A DNA stretch of 62,878 nucleotides, the filler included, from Sphacelaria rigidula (taxonomy: Eukaryota), in NCBI GenBank assembly GCA_964200075.2. It is 5 parts of 5 records of this genome, joined end to end, with 100 filler letters (N's around TTAATTAATTAA, not from the genome) between each part and the next. Parts side by side here need not be neighbours in the genome. Positions count along the whole stretch, not along the records: positions 12,599 to 25,094 come from CAXNAA020003696.1; positions 25,195 to 37,689 come from CAXNAA020003697.1; 3 more parts are not named here. One strand, given 5' to 3'. The notes under the pieces were generated by a model. That model saw only the letters and a program-made list of their open reading frames with translations. It was not told the origin of the DNA and searched no databases. Of the stretch, positions 24,816-37,789 are shown in pieces (the stretch's first letter is position 1; each line of letters begins with the position of its first letter). The position numbers and the translations under genes are program-made.

Positions 24816-25094
24816 AACAGCCTGGAATCGTTGTTGAGGTTCAACATTTTCATGAGGTTCAACGGACCATCGAAATTTCATTCACTTTGTGCAAGAGGCT
24901 CTGGAGTCGCAAGCGGTTTCGACCATGTGCCTATAACCCAGAAGTTTCTGCACTGGAGCGAAAGCATGATGGTGTGCAGTCCAACCGAAAAGCCGCCCTT
25001 ATTCATTGTGCCGTATCTATCGAGCAACCCTTGTGTCTAAGCGCTGCGGAACATGTAACAAAGCATGCTGAAAACAGAATACTTCTTTCGACTG
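24816..25094 (+). mobile_element. Family B foldback element, left-arm fragment
   Basis: Direct homologue of 10849-11113; runs to the contig end. Confidence 0.88.
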
Positions 25095-25194
25095 NNNNNN
25101 NNNNNNNNNNNNNNNNNNNNNNNNNNNNNNNNNNNNNNTTAATTAATTAANNNNNNNNNNNNNNNNNNNNNNNNNNNNNNNNNNNNNNNNNNNN
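25095..25194. other. Artificial contig linker
   Basis: N44-TTAATTAATTAA-N44. Confidence 0.98.
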
Positions 25195-26762
25195 TCTAAA
25201 TGTATAAAAGAGCATGGGCCTGCAAACTTCAAATCCGCCTCTAGGCTGGCCCAGCTCGTACATTCAGAGCGTCTTTTGATTTTGCACGCATATCTCTTCC
25301 CTTTTGACTGTTTCTGTTCCGCTGCCGCAGCATTTTTTTCATCAAGTTTTGACCGGAATCACTTTTTATTGATATTTTGGATTTGATTCAGCATTATATC
25401 TGTAACGGCCAGCCGCCATATACTGAAACGGTCAGGGGGGGGGGGCGTTATCACACATTCTTACTGATATCATCTTCGGGTACATGCTTTCGCTGATTCC
25501 CTTCGCTCTTTCATTTCACTGGACATATTTTTATCGGTATCATTTTCATCATGAATTTGCATCGGCATCAGATCTGAAACGGTCAGCCGGATCGCTTGTA
25601 CACTTTTTGCTTGACATCATCTCCACTTTGAACTTGAATCGGCACCCGAAGATGATGTCTTCATCTGTCAGCCGAGTCATTGCAGCTTCATTTTTTCCTT
25701 ACTCGGGTTCAAGGGTACGTTATGGGCCGTCGTTACTTGATTATAGAGCACGTCTACTTTGGTGTCATTTTCGTCTTCGGAAGCTCCCTGATCTGAAAGA
25801 GTGCTGACCCTTTCTGTGCGTGTGCTGTGCTCGCGTCTCAATCGTCTATCATTGATTTCTCAAATCACTTCTGCAAGGTCACGCATAACGTGCTCAGCTT
25901 GTGAGTAGCTACAGCCTTGTTTTCAAACTGTCATAAACCATTCCGCAACGCACACCACCATCACCTTTACCATCACCATCATCGGTGCTCAAGTCCCTTG
26001 GAATTCCATTCACTGAGCGTGGCGGCGGAAGCCGCCGTAACCCTTGTACATATATATATAGATATATGTATACTTGAATGTGTTGGGAGTACAGACAAGG
26101 CATGACATGACGGGGACCAATATCGGGATTTGTAATGGAATCATAAACGGACAGCAGAGTATGGTCCAGTGCGTTGGAGTGTTGGATTAAATAGCGAACA
26201 ACGCACTTCTAGAACACACGCTCTAGCGTGTTCTGACTAGTGCAAACAATAAACGAGAAGGTACGGCGTTACGCGATGAATGGCCACCTCGACACAATCT
26301 CTCGATAATAGGATGTGCAAGTGACGTGATCTATTCATCTATTAATAAGAGGCAATGACGTCATGTGACCAATACAGAGCTCTCAAATTCAACCACGATT
26401 CACCCTCAGACTCTCGCACCCGTACACATCCATATCTACTACGTTGTGTGGTAGTGGGGTACGACCCGGATTCATGCATCCGAATGTTCATCCGCTGTTC
26501 TGAAGCACGTTCGCTCCTATTTAGAACGCGTGTCTGCAATACCCAACGAAAAATGATCCGCATATAGGGTGCTGCCATTGGATCATGTCTAGTGACACCT
26601 CGATGTCCCAGAATTCTATGGGAGATGATGCAAACACACAGTGCTGACATCGGACCATGACTAGCGATATCTCTAAGTCAACGGTGGACAGAACTCAACG
26701 AGACATGACGCAGGCACACGGCATGGACGTTGGATCATGATTATATAGCAGCGACATCTCAC

Positions 26763-26909
26763 CTTCGGAATCTCGTGGAACGACCACAACCCCGTCCCCT
26801 TGATGGTAATGCGCCTAGTGTGGGACGCGTACAGTTGCAGCTGGCTAGCTTCCACCATAGGGTCCTCCAGCACAGTCGCCAACTTTACTCCGGGATTGGG
26901 GAAAGCCAC
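26763..26909 (-). CDS. Exon 4 (of those seen) of a beta-repeat (IPT/Ig-like) protein
   Basis: cag|VAFPNPGVKLATVLEDPMVEASQLQLYASHTRRITIKGTGLWSFHEIPK|gtgaga; 147 bp, phase 0-0. Confidence 0.85.
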
Positions 26910-27254
26910 CTGACGCGACAAGTGAAGTACACCATCCACAGATGAGCGTACTGATTTTGTTCACATTTTGACTGATCCACTAGCAATCCAGCCATAGGTA
27001 CCGTTGGCGTCGGTTCTGCGACATCAACACCCCGAATCCGGTCTCAGCGACCAGAGCGAATATGGCCCCAAATTTTACTTCAAGTTATGAGTAAATACTG
27101 GGTATGAGAGCGGTTCTACGCAATACCTTCCCCGCCGAAGCCATGTAGCCGAGGCCGGCCATTTCTTTTTCTTCCTTTCTTTTCTTTTTTTCACGTATTA
27201 GTTTAACATGTTCTGTTCCACCTGTTCTGTTTACGACTATCATGTGACTATCAT

Positions 27255-27335
27255 GTGGATAATGACCACGGTAAGGCTGGATCATGACTCCTGGGAGATT
27301 AGGAAAAGCCCGACGATCAGTCAGTCAATGAATTA
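27255..27335 (+). repeat. Non-LTR (LINE/SINE)-like 3' tail
   Basis: gtggataatgaccac...ctggatcatgactcctgggagat also occurs at 57511-57590; it ends in short tandem motifs. Confidence 0.55.
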
Positions 27336-27490
27336 AGTTATCCATTCAACGGAAATGTAGGGAGCTGAGAGGTTGCAAATCGAGCATACACGCGTCTGAC
27401 GATGGTGTGGCTGATGACGAAGGTGCAGACACGTACCTCCGGACATGCATCATCTTTGGTGTGTCAGGTGAATACTTTCTTTTATCCCTC

Positions 27491-27855
27491 GGTCGCCCCG
27501 GTGGCTGGGTTGGTAACCTCGAAACCTTTTGACGGTCAGGTCGTGGGTTCACATGTCAGAGCGATCTGGAATTTTTCTTCACACAATGCCCAACGGTGGT
27601 GAGCGACTATGTCGTGGGTACACAGAATCCGACTTCATGGTGGACAAGGGGAAGGGACTACTGAACCCCTCTCGCGATAAAAAAAGAAAGGCAAACACAG
27701 CAGGAGGAAGGTGTATGACTAAAACAAATAAAATAAAATAAACTGCAGTGTTGGCCTTCCTCCTGTGTGATCCCGGCTGGTGCACCCAAATATACCGAAA
27801 GGTGTAGACCGGCGTCCAGAATAGATGGGATGACAACACAAATACACATTACATT
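27491..27855 (+). mobile_element. tRNA-derived SINE family 1, full-length
   Basis: A-box-like ggtggctgggttgg, B-box-like gggttcacatgtc, and a shared body and tail atagatgggatgacaacaca. Homologous to 36861 and 55634 (inverted). Confidence 0.85.
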
Positions 27856-28265
27856 CCTTGACGGTGATATCCCGCCAATATATTTATATATATCCTTCTT
27901 AACATATTGATGTACTTGGCCAGCCCTTTTTTCCATGGGTATACAGGTATCAAAAATGCGTGCTTGAAATACCAAAGATCAGGTCAAAGAGAAAGCACGC
28001 GAGATTTCCGGTGGTGCTGTTGTGGCCAACGGTACCAGCCTCGTGGGGAATCGAGTGTGTTCGAGCTGGGGAAAACCGGACGGTCACTTTTTTCAAGTAA
28101 ATACAACGCTCCGGCAGTCTGGCGTCTCCTGACGCTTGCCTAACGTATCAACCAACTCGACGCCTTCCTGTTCTCGCGGTTTTGCACGTTCTTACACACT
28201 AGGTAGCACCCTTCACTGAGAGTATCCGGACCGCATCCAATACCAAGGACCCGCATGAGCTTCAC

Positions 28266-28343
28266 GTCATCATGCCATCATGCCATCATACCACCGTGTC
28301 ATCATGCCATCATACCACCGTGTCATCATGTCATCATGTCATC
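28266..28343 (+). repeat. Minisatellite (catcatgccatcataccaccgtgt, 2-3 copies)
   Basis: Direct tandem duplication. Confidence 0.85.
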
Positions 28344-29255
28344 TTGGTCAACAGGGCAAGGACATCTCACGCTGATTCTGCTTCGCTCATCGTTTCGAAC
28401 AATATTTTCACCTATAGGCAAGTGCAGCCCTCCCCGCCAACCTCACGCCACGCTATACAGTATGGGTGATTCTCTTGTGCCTACGATGGCTGCTAGAACT
28501 TCCAAAGCTCCATGAGGTGCGGAGTGCACGGAAACAAGTTTTTTGTTCTCCACTTGAAACGCAATGGGTCGAGACTCATTCTAGTATACGATTGACTCCC
28601 CAGACGGATTTTTTCCCACGTGCGAATTTTCGTTGATGTTTAGGTTTGTGTGAACTTTGTGTCGTCACACTACCTGTACCATCATGGCAGAGGGCATCTC
28701 CGGTTGTACAACAGCAAAGACCACTGCATCGAACACACGGTGTGTTTTGTGACTTTCAGTGGCCAAAAGAGTCACCATACTGTCGATCCTTGTTTTTGGT
28801 TGGGACGGCACACAAAAGGTTTTCGTTCATCAAAATCCACGGATTTGTAGTGGAAAATACACACAATATGCTTCGTTTTACACCGGGGGAGAAGGGGGGG
28901 AGTACCCGGATTCAATCCTTACCCCTCTTTACGATTGTCGATGCGAGGCTCCTGATGACACGTTAGGCAAGCAGAACCTATCGATTTCTTCCCTGCGCTG
29001 TGACAATGGTAGTGGAAACGGTAGTGGAAATGGTAATGGTGATGCTGCGGCTCTTCTCGAGAAAAAAAGCGGGCGCTCGAGGGCCTCGTGTCACGAAACG
29101 AAAACAGGAAAGACGAGTATTTGACCACATGTTCATCTGTCTCCGAGAGTAGTTTTGTTTTTCCTAGAATTCTCCAGTTTTTCCAATCAATGAGCGGCTC
29201 TCCCTGGTTTTTAATGATAAACCCTCCATCCAACAGTACAGACAGTATGTCACAC

Positions 29256-29468
29256 CTCCGTTTCCCCGAAAGAGATCTTGCTGAGGAACAACGGACCCCC
29301 ATATTCGGCCCACTTGTGACCGTCCACCAGAGTCAGCTCCAGCTGCTCCTCGTTGATGCGCTTGGACGTAATGCTGCCTTCATCCGGTCCGATCGACTCT
29401 CCGAACACCAGCTTCACTTCCTTGCCCTCCGGGAAGCCCTTCCCGTTAACCAGAAGCGTTTGGCTCGA
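29256..29468 (-). CDS. Exon 3 of the beta-repeat protein
   Basis: cag|SSQTLLVNGKGFPEGKEVKLVF...LELTLVDGHKWAEYGGPLFLSKISFGETE|gtgtga; 213 bp, phase 0-0. Confidence 0.88.
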
Positions 29469-29975
29469 CTGTCTCGGGATGGGGCAGGGAATGTGTGGGG
29501 GACGAGGAGGAACGATCAAATCAGTATTTCGTTAAATGCTACACGTTTTTCAATGTCTACACGTGTCACGGTGGATGGTATGAGTGTGTGTGTCAATTAA
29601 GACGCCGTTGGCGCTTTCAATGGCCGGCGAGGCTTAACAAGAGTGTATTGCAGGTACGTCGGATCACCGAGAACTTTTGCTTTTGCGGCGCATTCCACTT
29701 TTTACAGTGCTGAGGACACCCGTATAACAATTCCGAGTAACCGGTCACCCCCCTTCCCGTGCCAACACCGCCTCTTCGGGATAAGGAAGTAGTCAAACGC
29801 AGCACGGTCATGATCCAAATAACAAAGCACTCGATTTTCTCCCCGCCCAGAAGATTTGAAAAAATTAAGAGGTTGCAAAATCACACAGTGAAATCAAGTC
29901 ACCATTCACTCCACATGAAAAACCAGGTAGTTTTTGAGACGAAATCGATCTTGAGTGAAGTTCAAAACAACTTGA

Positions 29976-30085
29976 CTCTTAGACCGCGGGGGTAGGTCAC
30001 CTGCTGAATCGGCATCAATATTCATTTTTTACTTGAAAAAAAGTATGCATGATCCAGATGGACTACCCGCACCGCGGTCTAAGGG
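29976..30085. mobile_element. piggyBac-like mini-MITE (same family as 11583-11679)
   Basis: ctcttagaccgcgg...ccgcggtctaaggg. Internal aaaaaagtatg..tgatccaga is the reverse complement of 11607-11630. Confidence 0.7.
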
Positions 30086-30089
30086 TCAT

Positions 30090-30244
30090 GGGACCGGACT
30101 CCCAGAAACATGGTGTTTGCACGCAAGGGCCTTGTTGAGAATCGGCACCGTTATTTGTACTTAAAACGACTGACGATGATACCGAGCAACACGGAGACCC
30201 CTGCGTGCAAACACCATGTTTCTGGGAGTCCGGTCCCGAACAGG
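30090..30244. mobile_element. ~155-bp MITE with ~40-bp TIRs, right end followed by TTAA
   Basis: gggaccggactcccagaaacatggtgtttgcacgca ... tgcgtgcaaacaccatgtttctgggagtccggtccc. The same terminus occurs at ~23792-23816. Confidence 0.85.
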
Positions 30245-31996
30245 TTAAACGTAGTGGGATCAACTACTTCCCATACCAAGCCGAAAGCAACTAGTGTCTG
30301 ACGTCACATCAGACGCGATAACTTGTTCACATCGTGGCAAGTCGTCATCGCCAGGAAATAGGATATATCAAGCAGCAAAGAGTAGCCGAATCATTGAGAA
30401 GAAAACAACACACGTTGGGTACCATCCTTATCCATCGCTACCTCACAAAAAAGCTAGCATATCACATTCAGCTGCTCACGTGTCTTGAGTTCATTTTAGG
30501 GCTGCCCTAGAGGATGTTCTGTTTTTACGATGACTACCGTGGAAATCGAAGCAACGACCTATACTACCTTTACGACCTTGACCCTTCCCTCCAGTGGAGG
30601 ACTCTTACTTGGATCCAAGATGTCATCGTGAAATGGGCGTGGAAGCTGTCCACATGACTCTCACAAGGCACTCTCTGCATTCCAACCAGAGAGTACTGAA
30701 AAATATCTCTCTGGAGTACTCACGTCTTAACCGACACATCACTACGAGAAGCAGCATTTGGGTGCTGGACTTTCCCTCAGCCATTTCCTCCTTCCTTTTC
30801 TCCTGTTTAGCGACAAAGTTTAATGTAATGCTTCCGACTCCCTTTGCATTCACAGCGGCACAAACGTGCCCAGACGCTAGCTGGACGGGTGTTCGGAAAT
30901 TCTCTTTGGAAGCAGCTCCAGCTACTCCTCCATTCAGTCATATGGAAACACTCGTCTTGACTACAGCGGATATCGCTTTCCCGAACGACAAGCTGTCAGA
31001 TGGATACCGGGTGAGAGATGCGGGGGAGGGATGAGTCGATCCCTTGAGACCACGGACTCGTCCCGAGGAAAATTACGAGTAGCAAGTGACGAGGGGAAAA
31101 AGAGTAATCTCAAAGAACGGGTGCGAGAGATCGAGCTAATATGACGGAAATAATAATAATGATGATAATGCTGGTAATAATAAATAAAATCATGACACAA
31201 GATGTAGTCGCGTAGTGGAGCCGCCATATGGCGGCATATGTACAAACCAAAACCACCCGCCTTATCGCGGGTTGTATCGGCCAATAGTACGAACCTCTGC
31301 TGATGTCGCCTTGCTAGGTGCGGCTTTTGTGGCTAAAGTGTTTCACATACTGTAGCATGCTTCATGCTTCCTCCTTGGATTGTCGTGGTACCGCGCTCAT
31401 GAGCGAAAAAATTACACATTTCGTGTGCGTTGCTGCAAAAAACATAGCAAAAACGTACATCACTCTTTTTGAAAAAGCGTTGCAATATTTTCGCGAAAAC
31501 GGGGACATGCCTCTGCAACGGAAAACGCACAAAAATGTCCTATCCGGAACTATCACTCCCCCAAAACGAGAATACGCAATTTCACGATTCAGGGCGCGCA
31601 GCCGCAGTACCCTGCTTATCGAGTGTACTGTGTGGACATCCCTCAACAGGTTACGGTGGAAGGTTCGGGATTTGAATCTGGACCGTGACATATTCATCCT
31701 TGCCTGGGTTGGAAGAATCTGATTCCCGCGATCGTCGTTGAAAACGTCAGGAGTGAAAAGCAATGAAATAGTGACCGAAGTACAGACGGTGCAGGAGTGC
31801 TGGGATCTAGTCGGCTACGAAAATGTCAGGCAGGCGCCGCGGAAGTCAGATAGGTTGATCCTTTGAGACATGACACCACAGCATACATTCGTCGCGAGGA
31901 ATGGGAAGAGGTGAAAGTAGAGCAAAACAACGAAACAAAAGAAAACGAGAGGGTGAGGGTGAGAGCCGCTTCGCTGTCGCGGCCAAGGGAAGTCAC

Positions 31997-32083
31997 CTGG
32001 TAAATCTTAGCCCCGTGGTCGTGGTACACATGGATTCCGCTGTCGTGGATGCCCCCATCCGGCTGCACCACCGCCACCCTCAC
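31997..32083 (-). CDS. Exon 2 of the beta-repeat protein
   Basis: ccacag|VRVAVVQPDGGIHDSGIHVYHDHGAKIYQ|gtgact; 87 bp, phase 0-0, pyrimidine tract upstream. Confidence 0.85.
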
Positions 32084-32789
32084 CTGTGGCACAAAAACAA
32101 AAAGAGATACAAATGTGTGAAGAACGTTCCCGGAATCCCTGCAGTTCTGGAACATGGTCCCCCCGACGGCCTACACGGAGGGCGATATTCCGTATTTTGG
32201 CAGCTTTGTAATGTTCTCCACGCTACTGGAATTCTGAAACCTCGGTGCCCTCAACAACTTCCACGAAGGATATTCCTCCATTTTCGACCACGCTGGAAAA
32301 TCTTCTCGCCGACAACAGCAGGAGGTCGCTCTCTACGGCAAGAGAGCGGTTAGTCGCTGATTCTGTAATACATACACGAGCCGAGACAAAGAAAAGTGAG
32401 GAAATGGACACGGCCCTCGAGGTAGCTGGTCTTCCGCAGGGGCAACGTGTACTCATTTCGCGTCGACAGTACAATGGGAGGACACACGAGCAATACTTGA
32501 GCTTGAGGATGGAGCGTCAGGCGTTAACCCTTGTTTCCGCGCTCAGGTGTGATGTGTTCATGGGATGAATCGCTGCGACGCAACAACGACAACAACAACA
32601 ACAACAATGCAGCTAAAGGCAACAACGCAACAAGCCAAGAGCCACGAGCAAAGAGCAAAGGGACAGGTGAAAAACGAGGCAAATACAACAAAGACTCAGA
32701 GAGAACCGACACGGAATAATGGCGGAGACAAAACACAGAAAAAACAACAAAGAGACGACGTCGGAGACGACGACCATCGGTAAACATAC

Positions 32790-32924
32790 TTGGTCGATAT
32801 TCATCTGCCCGGCTCCCGTGTTCACGGCAGTGACGTACAGATTAGTCGCGACCATCTCCTCGGCAGTCAGCCAACCCGCACCCGACGTGGCCAGAGTGAC
32901 CCTCACGTGCGTGCGGTTCACCAC
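32790..32924 (-). CDS. Exon 1 (of those seen) of the beta-repeat protein
   Basis: caag|VVNRTHVRVTLATSGAGWLTAEEMVATNLYVTAVNTGAGQMNIDQ|gtatgt; 135 bp, phase 0-0. Confidence 0.82.
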
Positions 32925-34492
32925 CTTGGATTTGATCGGTGACCGCAACATCGAAACGGAAACGAAAAAAGAACACGGGTACGCGAAATAAAACGTGAGC
33001 AAAAGAAGAAGGGACATGAATGGAACACACGGAGACGAGTGGACGGCAACTCTTCGATAAAACAAAAAGAAATACACACACAACACAAGGGGAAACAAGA
33101 GCTATGTACGAAGTACAAGCTACGCATTTGTTGTACGGGACACACCGTGAGTACGCAACATCAACACCCTACAACAGGCAAAGAACAAAATACCATCAAC
33201 ACCTAAGATTGTTGTCAGCATGAAAAGGCGTAAGAGACAATGATACGTATGACAAACGCTCGAGCGAAATGGCCTTGTTAAGGCATATCTGAGAACATCT
33301 GGGGCAGTTTCAGTACAACTTCGAAGCAATAGAAGGGGCGCCAAATAAGGCCATTTGGTTGGTCGAAAAGCTCGAACACCTCATCATGACTGGAAACGCA
33401 GCAAGTGTGCCCGAAACTGTCTATTTTTGCCGCACGTGTACCTGACACTCGAAGAGCACCTGAGCGTGAAAAGTGACAAGTACTGGAACTTCCCTCGACA
33501 GTTATGAAACGACACGGAGGCCATGACCGATCTTGACGGTAAGGCGTGGGGAGGGTCTTTTCGGCGGGTGTAGGGCCGGAATCACCCCGAAGGAGTGATT
33601 TCTATTCACTGCCACCCTTGGCCACGGCCATGGGTGTACTGGTAGAGTTGGGTCAGCCCGGTGTTCATCAGGCACACATACCCCTGTTGTAATGCAGTAG
33701 TATAATATGTCAACACCCTGAGTGCGGGCATATTGGGATTCGGTGTGTGCGCGGAGGCAGATGACACCGCTGTCGAAAGCTGGCACGCGCATTCTTGATA
33801 AAAAAAGAGCGTGTGCCGGTGTGTAGACTGGTTTCGGCGACAAGGATTGAGGAGGGGCGGTCGTCGACGGACGGGTTAGATCTGGTTGAGCCTCCAGGAC
33901 GAGAAACTTACTACAAACCAGAACCAGAGTGCATAACGAAGGAGGAAGTGTTTCATCACGGGAGGAAGCAAAGGGAGCACTGTTTGGGATCATGAACACC
34001 GGCGAGAACGGGCGGTTGGGTTGGCCATGGACGCCGGTCAGGACAGATGGGAGCTTCAGGAGGTCAACTTCGAAGAGGACCTTGCAGCGGAGAAGAGCAG
34101 AATGGCGGCTAATTTCGTTGAGGGCGGAATATTATTCTTTTGTTGGGTTCTTGATACAGTTGTTTGTTGGGGATACCAACTACATACAGGTGGTATCCTA
34201 TGTTGTCATGTTTGATTATAAGACACTCTGAACAGGTTCTGTTTTTTGCTGATAGCGCATTGCCGTGTGTAGGCTAGACTCGCCCTGTCTGTTGTGTTTC
34301 CATAACGATGCTACTTGACTAGAACCCGAGGGAGATCATAGTTCCTGGCTTTTCCTCCTCGTTGCCATCGGCTCTTCCTTCTCTTGTTCTTTTCTTGCCT
34401 TCCTCTGCGGGCTGTTTGATTTATGGGTATGGGTGGTATGCTCCTTGCACTCTGTGACCACGGGTTCGATACATCGACCTAATGTGACGAAC

Positions 34493-34567
<75 letters not shown>
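34493..34567. repeat. (AAT)n microsatellite
   Basis: About 24 perfect units, preceded by taatgtga. Confidence 0.97.
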
Positions 34568-34857
34568 CCCAAGATACGTAGCCACGGGTTTTGCTACTTT
34601 GACGTGCACATCTCTTACCCCGAAAATGAAACACGTAACTCCCTTCACAACCTGCCACCGCGCTCTGGTGGTGTAAATTGATGTAGTACAACTAACACCA
34701 TTGGGCCGGGGAAAAAAAAGGCAGGTTTGATTCCAGCCAGATGCGTCAACAAATAGTTTCACGGTGTTCTCACAAGTACAGTATATGATTGCCGTCGATT
34801 GGTCGTTGCCAGGATTTCGAGCATCAAGAAGAGTATGTTTGACGGAGCTTGACGAGA

Positions 34858-34997
34858 CAGCCGACGCGGTGCCGGAGTGCTGATCCAATTTTCGATTGCG
34901 AGAGATGCTTGATCACGATCGCTTGAGCCCACGGACTCGTGCCCAGGAAGAGGGCGAGTGACAAGTGAAACGAAAAAAAAAAACCGAGACAAAAAAA
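34858..34997 (+). mobile_element. SINE family 2, 3' part
   Basis: gacgcggtgccggagtgctgatccaat...cttgagcccacggactcgtgcccaggaag plus an A-rich tail; similar segments at ~30965-31105 and ~60585-60660 (inverted). Confidence 0.7.
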
Positions 34998-36860
34998 CGA
35001 CGAACCCTGCACAGGTGAGGAGACGCCAAGAGCGGGACTTCGCCGCGCAGTTCAAGCTCTCTGCATCTGCCAAAAGCGGTTTTTGCTGCATCTTTGACTC
35101 CGCCCATTTCCTTCTCAACCACCAACTGGAAATGCAAGTCTTTTACCTCTTCGTTCATCTTCAATTTGACTTGAGACGCAGAATCGAAGTCACACAGACT
35201 GTGAACCTCAAAGTGCACTGAAGTGCGTGGTAGTCGTGATGGTACTGTACTACTCATTGGTCCCCGTAAAACTTGTAAACCCTCCCCTTCCTCGTCATAC
35301 TTGCAAATCACCCCTTCCTCAAGACGAGTCCCGCAGACTCAAGAAATCAAGTCATATCTCCCCCGGTATATGCCCGACAGTTCAATACTGCGGATTGAAA
35401 CAGCACACTGGCACTCCGTCGATTTTCGTGCAAAAAAAAAAAAACTCGTCGCGCCTTCACGCTCTGAAAGACGAAAATCGGATGGGTCCTCGGTAAGAAC
35501 AAGAAATGTGGTACGGGGACTCGAACCCTCAGTATTTTGCCATTTCCGATGCAAGGTGTTGTAGTTGACGTTTGAGTTCGTGCATCAGCCAAACCCTGAA
35601 GATTTGACAAGTTTGACAAAGAATCCGCCTCGCCACTGGAATCATCTGCACTTGAGCTCAAAAACGACGCAAATCCCCAAATAACAGCACTACAGTATAG
35701 TACAGTAGAGCACAGTGCCGTCCGGTAGACAGTACAGTGCAGTACGCTCCAACTTCTCCCCGAGTTTCACAGACCGCTTCGACACTGTAACTGCCTGCCC
35801 TTGAACAAGGAAGGGACCGGTTGTTCAGGCTGCGGTTTCCAACACATGCTAACGCGTGTGCCCACCGAGCTCCCCGCTCATTCATTGGCAGTCGCGGTCA
35901 TTTATGTATGTGTCGTACTACCCACACACAACAGCATTTCGAACACGGACTGATCATTGTCAGCTTGCCTCTCAAACGAGATATGACTCCACCACGTGAC
36001 TTCAGTTTATTCTGCTGCTTCCACAAAGCACACATTTCTGCTGCCTGTTGAGAATTGGCACAGGACCCACACATGGGAATGATTTCGTAGTGAATTGAAC
36101 TATTCGCGCGAAGCGCGACTACGGCCGAGCGTTCAAGATCGGCACCCGGCAAACTCTGAGAACCCGTTTGAAATCAGGCGAAGGACTAAAACTAAAACAT
36201 GGGGCATGCCCTGTGTCACTGTACTGCAGCACAAACACACTCGCGTCCGCTCTCTTGTGCTGTAGCTATCACTCTTCTGTGGTGTGTTCAGACCTTGCGA
36301 AGGTGGTTTGGTCTCCGCTGAGATTGCCTGACCTGCTGCATTGTGGTGTTCGTTTCTCCATACAAAATAGTATCAGTCGGAACGCAGTGCTGTCTGAACA
36401 CTTGACCATCTGTTGAACACTTCATGTTACCCAGACCAATTATTTGCGCGATACCGAACATGGCTGAGTAAAAGACACAACCAGCGCCGGTATAAAACGC
36501 TCGACTAGCTGGGCCAGACCCTGTGCTCCGATGAAGTGAGCAACCCACAGCATAGTGCGGATATACTGCACCGACAGGGTACTACTTGCACCGGTCAGCA
36601 TGACGACCGCAGCCGCCGGCATCGGCGCCAGCGCTCGCGGCGACGGAAAGACACAACCAGCCATACAAAGATGGGGATATGCTGATACACAGGCATCGCA
36701 ACGGCGCCCTGCGCCGGCAATGTACCACTCGCTGTCTGCTTGCAGCTTCGTTTCTCTGCTGCCGTTCTATCCATTTTCACTTCTGTAGTGTAGTTCGTAC
36801 ATCACAGGTGTGATTCGAGTGTGCGAGCCAATCACAGGCATTTTTCACTACATAACTACT

Positions 36861-37205
36861 GGTCGCCCCGGTGGTTCAGTTGGTAACCTCGAAATCTTAT
36901 GATGGTTGGGTTGTGAGTTCGAATCTCGGAGCGATCTGGGATTTTTCTCGCACAATGCCCTAAAGTGTAGAGCGACTATGGCGTGGGTACACAAAACGCG
37001 ACTTCACGGTCGAAGACGGAAAGGGACTGCTGAACCCCTCTCGCGATGAAAAATAAAGGCAAGCACGGCAGAACGAAGGTGAATAATCAAAACAAAAAAA
37101 AAATCCTGTGTCGACCTTTCTCCTGCGTGACCCCGACTGGTGGCCCACATATGCCGAAAGGTGTATACTGGTGTCCAGTATAGATGGGATGACAAAACAC
37201 ACATA
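36861..37205 (+). mobile_element. tRNA-derived SINE family 1, full-length
   Basis: ggtcgccccggtggttcagttggtaa...gagttcgaatctc...atagatgggatgacaaaacacac. Confidence 0.88.
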
Positions 37206-37689
37206 ATTCACTTCGAAGGTCACATTTCATTGGCGCTACATTTCGCCTAGCTGAAGGGCCTCTGATTTGTTGAATTCACCATTTTACTACAAAACTTCAC
37301 CCCCACGTCACGGCGACCGTACAGTACTGTATACCAGTATTATGGTAGCTGTGGCACTATACTGTCTGCTTGGGCCGTGACGTGGATCTACCACGCTTAC
37401 CCACGGCGAGCATGCTGGCGATGATTCGTTGCTAGCGTGCTCTGTACTTCATGGCAGGGACAGGTCACAGTACTAGGGTTTTGCACCACAAAAAAAGTGC
37501 GGGTGTCGGGTACATGATACTGACACAACCCCCCCCGCCCCCCCCACACACACACTGCTCCGTCTCGAAAGGAATGCGTGGTCAGTGGTCACACGACTAA
37601 GGCAAGCAACAGATGAGTACGCCCCCCCCCCCCCCCCCCCCCCCCCCCAACGCCGCCCCCCCCCCCCCCCCCCTCCCCCCTGCTGCACC

Positions 37690-37789
37690 NNNNNNNNNNN
37701 NNNNNNNNNNNNNNNNNNNNNNNNNNNNNNNNNTTAATTAATTAANNNNNNNNNNNNNNNNNNNNNNNNNNNNNNNNNNNNNNNNNNNN
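37690..37789. other. Artificial contig linker
   Basis: N44-TTAATTAATTAA-N44. Confidence 0.98.

Noticed and set aside
24345-25040. 231-aa ORF as a gene
   Set aside because: A chimera of a gag fragment and a non-coding foldback arm, joined at 24816.
30540-30960. Possible remnant of a LINE restriction-like endonuclease domain (also 32245-32470)
   Set aside because: Only vague charged, helical similarity; no diagnostic CCHC or PD-(D/E)xK motif could be read.
34336-34888. Poly-Ile, poly-Tyr and poly-Leu ORFs
   Set aside because: Translations of the (AAT)n microsatellite.
36861-36935. tRNA genes at SINE heads (also 27491, 39501, 44658, 50212, 55997)
   Set aside because: A/B boxes are present, but there is no complete cloverleaf and each continues into a shared repeat body.
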